Positions 59,729 through 64,000 of a DNA stretch of 64,000 bases are shown here, in pieces. The stretch's first letter is position 1. Every line of letters starts with the position of its first letter. The stretch covers positions 3,424,001-3,488,000 of the forward strand of contig OZ240248.1 in NCBI GenBank assembly GCA_965198235.1. Direction: 5' to 3'. This DNA comes from Candidatus Poribacteria bacterium. GTDB taxonomy: Bacteria > Poribacteria > WGA-4E > WGA-3G. The translations under genes and the position numbers were made by a program. Below the pieces are notes generated by a model. It had not been told where the DNA came from, did no database searches, and saw only the letters and a list, made by a program, of their open reading frames with translations.

Positions 59729-59880
59729 TAGGACTTACGCAATTTTTCTATGAGCACCTCCGTATGACGCGCCGCTGGCGAGGTGTTTTTGCTTGGGGTT
59801 TTTGATAGGGTGTTTCCTCTGCGGATTTCTGCGGATTTCCCCTAGAAACCTCGCCAGCAATGGATGTTGCGTAAGTCCTG
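59729..59880. mobile_element. Non-autonomous MITE with IS701 ends, TSD TAAAA, carrying REP + cassette
   Basis: TAGGACTTACGCAA..TTGCGTAAGTCCTG flanked by TAAAA on both sides. Confidence 0.88.
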
Positions 59881-59996
59881 TAAAACCTAAAACGCAACAC
59901 AAACCATACAAATTTCTTGTAGTCTTGATGTAGACCACCGCCGGCAACCCCATATTGCAAGGTGATCGAAAACTTGACAAGGAGCAAGAAGCCAAG

Positions 59997-62045
59997 ATGA
60001 GAGAAAATTGGGAATTGCTGACCAAGATTAATGATCCAGAAGATAACATTCCCGAAGTGGATAACCCGCAATTTGAATTAATCTCAGACTTTTCACCCCA
60101 AGGCGATCAGCCGCAAGCCATTGACAAACTCACGGAAGGGCTCCAACGTGGAAACAAAGCGCAGACGCTCCTTGGCGTGACGGGTTCGGGGAAAACCTAC
60201 ACGATGGCGAATGTAATTCAGAACGTCCAATTGCCCACGCTCGTAATCTCACCCAATAAGACACTCGCCGCACAACTTTACAACGAATTCCGGACATTTT
60301 TCCCAAATAACACTGTCCACTATTTCGTCAGCGATTACGAGTACTATCAACCTGAAGCATACATCCCATCCACGGATACCTTTATTGAAAAGGATGTCCG
60401 CATTAACGAAGAGATTACACGGATGCGGCTTGCCTCGACAACGTCCTTAATATCGCGTCGCGATGTTATCGTGGTCGCGAGTGTTTCCTGCCTCTACGGT
60501 CTTGGTTCACCAGATGAATTTGAAAATCAGAGGGTTCAGGTAGCCGTCGGCGATGTTGTTCGGCGTGACGCACTTCTACGAGCTTTAGTCGATATTCAAT
60601 ATGTCCGCAACGATATTGAGTTCTGGCAAGGTGTGTTCCGCGCTCGCGGTGATGTCGTTGAAGTCTTTCCTGCTTATAGTGAGAACGCTTATCGTATTGA
60701 GCTTTTTGGCGACGAGATTGATCGAATTAACGAAATTGATACAACAACCGGAGAGGTGTTGGCACAACGGGATTTCCTTGAAATCTATCCTGCCAAGCAT
60801 TTCATGACCGATGGTGAAATCTTCGATCAGGCGTTAATTAATATTGAACTTGAACTCCAAGACCACATTCTGACTTTTGAGAAAGAGAATAAATTGCTGG
60901 AAGCGCAACGGATTGAACAACGTACCCGCTTTGATTTAGAAATGTTGCGAGAGGTGGGCTACTGCTCCGGTATTGAAAACTACTCACGGCATCTCTCAGG
61001 ATTGCAACCGGGTGATCCTCCGTATTGCCTGATGCATTACTTTCCCGACGATTTTCTTCTTTTTATTGATGAGTCCCACGTAACGATTCCGCAGTTGCGA
61101 GGTATGTATCGTGGTGACCGGTCCCGAAAGGAGACACTGGTCAAGTATGGTTTCCGTTTGCCTTCCGCACTCGACAATCGTCCGCTCCGGTTCGACGAGG
61201 TTGAAGCACGCGTCAATCAAGTTATCTTTGTCTCCGCGACACCTGGTGCCTATGAAATGGAAAACAACGCGCAAATTGTCGAGCAGATTATCCGTCCTAC
61301 TGGACTCATTGACCCCGAAATTACAATACATCCGGTAAGAGGACAGATAGACCATCTCATCGGTAAGATCCACGAGCGCGTCAGGCGTAAACAACGCGTC
61401 CTCGTCACGACGCTTACCAAACGGATGGCGGAAGACTTAACCGAGTATTTGACGGAGGCGGGTATCCGTGCTGACTATATGCATTCTGAGATCGACGTGT
61501 TCGACCGCGCCCGCATTCTGCGTGAACTTCGCGAAGGGGTTTTTGATGTGCTCGTCGGTATCAACCTACTTCGTGAAGGACTTGACCTCCCTGAAGTTTC
61601 TCTCGTCGCAATTCTTGATGCTGACCGACCCGGTTTCCTCCGTTCTGTCAGATCTCTCGTTCAAACCGCTGGACGTGCAGCACGAAATGTTGATGGTGAA
61701 GTCCTCTTGTATGGGGATAACATCACCGCAGCAATGGGAGAGGCGATCAAGGAAACACATCGACGCCGTGAGATTCAACTTCAATATAACACCGATAACG
61801 ACATCACACCGGCGACGATTGAAAAGGCAATTCAGGAACTCATCGCTGAATCAACTGACGAGTATAAGACTAAAAAATCTGACAAGCCTGCTATTGTTCC
61901 GGAAACCGTTGAACCGCAAGATATTGAAGCGATAATTACGGACTTAACGCGGCGGATGCGAAAAGCGGCGTTGGATCTTGATTATGAAGAAGCCGCCGCC
62001 TTACGTGACCAGATTGCTGAACTGAAAGGGCAATCAGCGGAGTAG
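59997..62045 (+). CDS. uvrB: Excinuclease ABC subunit B
   Basis: GDQPQAI, GVTGSGKT, YYQPEAY, DESH, GFRLPSA, GRAARN, C-terminal UVR domain. Confidence 0.97.
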   Translation: MRENWELLTKINDPEDNIPEVDNPQFELISDFSPQGDQPQAIDKLTEGLQRGNKAQTLLGVTGSGKTYTMANVIQNVQLPTLVISPNKTLAAQLYNEFRTFFPNNTVHYFVSDYEYYQPEAYIPSTDTFIEKDVRINEEITRMRLASTTSLISRRDVIVVASVSCLYGLGSPDEFENQRVQVAVGDVVRRDALLRALVDIQYVRNDIEFWQGVFRARGDVVEVFPAYSENAYRIELFGDEIDRINEIDTTTGEVLAQRDFLEIYPAKHFMTDGEIFDQALINIELELQDHILTFEKENKLLEAQRIEQRTRFDLEMLREVGYCSGIENYSRHLSGLQPGDPPYCLMHYFPDDFLLFIDESHVTIPQLRGMYRGDRSRKETLVKYGFRLPSALDNRPLRFDEVEARVNQVIFVSATPGAYEMENNAQIVEQIIRPTGLIDPEITIHPVRGQIDHLIGKIHERVRRKQRVLVTTLTKRMAEDLTEYLTEAGIRADYMHSEIDVFDRARILRELREGVFDVLVGINLLREGLDLPEVSLVAILDADRPGFLRSVRSLVQTAGRAARNVDGEVLLYGDNITAAMGEAIKETHRRREIQLQYNTDNDITPATIEKAIQELIAESTDEYKTKKSDKPAIVPETVEPQDIEAIITDLTRRMRKAALDLDYEEAAALRDQIAELKGQSAE

Positions 62046-62240
62046 TCAGTTTGATAGCGCACCCAGTGCCTTGAATAGGATCTCGGAATTTAAAACTTGT
62101 ATCTCAAAATGTAATCTGCTAAAATTCAATAGCTGATCGTAATTCTAAAACCTGTAACTTCGATCCCCTGGAGGTTAATGATTTTGGTGTTTTGTTAATA
62201 AAATATTAATCTTCTTGAGGAACAGAGAAAGGACTTTGCA

Positions 62241-62498
62241 ATGTTTGTTTGTACAGCTTGTGGCTATTTGTGGAAGGAAGCAGATAGTCCGCCAGATGAG
62301 TGTCCGGCATGCACGGCACCCAAAGAAAAATACATTCCTTACGATGACAGGGCAGAACGTTGGGTCAAGCGCTCCGTTGCGGCACATGTTATGTACCCGG
62401 ACGCAGAAGGTGCAGACCTTCGCGCAGAGAACTCAGCACTCTCGTCTCATATCAGATTTGCCCTTGTTGGGTTACTCGGTGATCTTGAGAAAGGATAA
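62241..62498 (+). CDS. Rubredoxin-like small protein
   Basis: CTACGY..PDECPAC..K..Y; AAGGA RBS. Confidence 0.75.
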   Translation: MFVCTACGYLWKEADSPPDECPACTAPKEKYIPYDDRAERWVKRSVAAHVMYPDAEGADLRAENSALSSHIRFALVGLLGDLEKG

Positions 62499-62503
62499 GA
62501 CCT

Positions 62504-62539
62504 GAAAGGAGTCTCGGCTCTCTAATTGAGGCTCCTTTC
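62504..62539 (+). terminator. Probable terminator hairpin
   Basis: GAAAGGAGTCTC..GAGGCTCCTTTC immediately after the stop; weak U-tract. Confidence 0.55.
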
Positions 62540-62688
62540 CCTCATTTCTATTGTAATTCCCATTTTTAATTTAAATCTATGTTAAAATGCCAACACCCTT
62601 AGTTTCTGGCTGAGGGTTCTCAACGGAAAGGAAGCGGCATTGCCCAATACCGGGTTCTCTATAGAGTAGAGGTGCCGCAGAATGAAGA

Positions 62689-64000
62689 ATGAAACAGATA
62701 CGTTATCTGCTGATTTTATTTCTCCTTGCTTTGCAGGGGATAGCATCAGCACAGGATCTCTCAGACCGGGTGGTGGAGCACATCTTTCCCAACGGTCTGA
62801 AATTGTTGATGATCAAACGCGACACATCCCCTACCATCGCACCCTATATCCTTTTTAAAGCCGGTTCAGTTGATGAATCTGATGATACGCGCGGTATCGC
62901 GCACATGCTCGAACACATGTTGTTCAAAGGCACTAAAACGATCGGCACAAAAGATTATGAAAAAGAAGAGGTAGTCCTTGCTGAAATCGATCGAATAGGC
63001 GATGCACTCGACATGGAACGTGCAAAAGGTTCCAGAGCAGATGCTGACAAAATAGCCGAATTGGAAGAGGCACTCAAAACGCAACAGGAACTCGCCAAGG
63101 AGTGGATTGTCACCGGCGAATATACCGAAATCTATACGCAGCACGGTAGCACTGGATTCAACGCTGGCACCTCTGTTGACTATACTATTTACACGGTGGA
63201 GTTGCCGTCTAATAAATTAGAGTTGTGGGCAATCCTTGAGTCTGATCGGCTTAAGAACGCTGTCCTACGCGAATTTTATGTCGAACGCGAGGCTGTCAAA
63301 GAGGAACGACGGATGCGTGTTGATACCCGTCCAGGCGGTAAACTCTATGAACAGTTTATCGCTGCTGCCTTTACTGCCCACCCTTACGGTATACCGATTA
63401 TCGGATGGCCCTCGGATATTGCCATGCTAAATCGGCGCAAAGCAGAAGAATTTTTCCGCGTCCACTACGCCCCAAATAACTCTGTCATGGTTATTGTCGG
63501 GAGTATAGACATAGACAACACTATCGCACTTATTGAGAAGTACTTCGGTGATATACCGTCACAGCCACTCCCGCCTGAAGTCACAACTGATGAACTGCCG
63601 CAGGAAGGCGAACGTCGTGTCGAAGTCGAGTTTGATGCCGAACCTCAACTCATGATTGGCTACCATAAACCGACACTCCCACACTTTGACGATTATGTGC
63701 TGGATTTTATCAGTGCGATCCTTTCTGATGGGCGCACCTCTCGGTTTTACAAAAACATCGTTGAGAAGGGGATCGCTATCTCTGCCGATTCACTGAACGG
63801 ATACCCGGGGGCGCGCTACGACAATCTTTTTGTTATAGATGGTGCACCGCGGTCTCCACACACAACCGCCGACGTTGAAGAAGCGATTTACGCCGAGCTC
63901 GAAAAGCTCAAGACGGAACCTGTTGCAGAAAAAGAATTCAAGCGTATCCTCAAGCAGGTGGATGCCAGTTTCATCCGAAATCTCAGCTCGAACGCTGGAA
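62689..64000 (+). CDS. M16 (pitrilysin-family) zinc peptidase, secreted, runs off window edge (absent from ORF track)
   Basis: Manual translation MKQIRYLLILFLLALQGIASA..PNGLK..GSVDE..GIAHMLEHMLFKGT (HxxEH)..NAGT..HPY..YAPNN. Confidence 0.92.
   Translation, partial: MKQIRYLLILFLLALQGIASAQDLSDRVVEHIFPNGLKLLMIKRDTSPTIAPYILFKAGSVDESDDTRGIAHMLEHMLFKGTKTIGTKDYEKEEVVLAEIDRIGDALDMERAKGSRADADKIAELEEALKTQQELAKEWIVTGEYTEIYTQHGSTGFNAGTSVDYTIYTVELPSNKLELWAILESDRLKNAVLREFYVEREAVKEERRMRVDTRPGGKLYEQFIAAAFTAHPYGIPIIGWPSDIAMLNRRKAEEFFRVHYAPNNSVMVIVGSIDIDNTIALIEKYFGDIPSQPLPPEVTTDELPQEGERRVEVEFDAEPQLMIGYHKPTLPHFDDYVLDFISAILSDGRTSRFYKNIVEKGIAISADSLNGYPGARYDNLFVIDGAPRSPHTTADVEEAIYAELEKLKTEPVAEKEFKRILKQVDASFIRNLSSNAG

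Noticed and set aside
62594-62680. Riboswitch upstream of the M16 peptidase
   Set aside because: Hairpins are present but I recognise no known aptamer consensus; an Rfam search would be needed

Overview
Bacterial chromosomal window. The gene repertoire (three PhyH dioxygenases, three CRTAC1/FG-GAP-UnbV proteins, TPR/PD40/PQQ repeat proteins, a sulfatase-fold protein, Rpn, secreted proteins ending in AVExxxKLxTxWGxLK) suggests Candidatus Poribacteria; this is inference only. Housekeeping genes: rph, rdgB, efp, accB, accC, pncB, cysC, waaF-like, lexA, a class A PBP, uvrB and an M16 peptidase. Also present are an RsbW/RsbV/RsbU-type partner-switching trio, an ECF sigma/anti-sigma pair and a decaying defence/mobile island at about 42.4-50.1 kb. 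Main observations: (1) a rhodanese-MoeB fusion read through an in-frame TGA at the conserved Cys, followed by a SECIS-like hairpin (probable selenoprotein); (2) several families of short palindromic repeats/MITEs that nest inside one another and also sit in frame inside protein genes, twice supplying the start codon and signal-peptide n-region of lipoproteins; (3) a HEPN (ApeA-like) gene broken by IS630 and IS701 insertions 11-13 bp apart that can be rebuilt to a 449-aa ORF; (4) a shared C-terminal motif on unrelated secreted proteins, a candidate sorting signal; (5) an orphan TnpB omegaRNA-like element. No rRNA, tRNA or CRISPR array was recognised. All family calls come from motif recognition by eye, not database searches.
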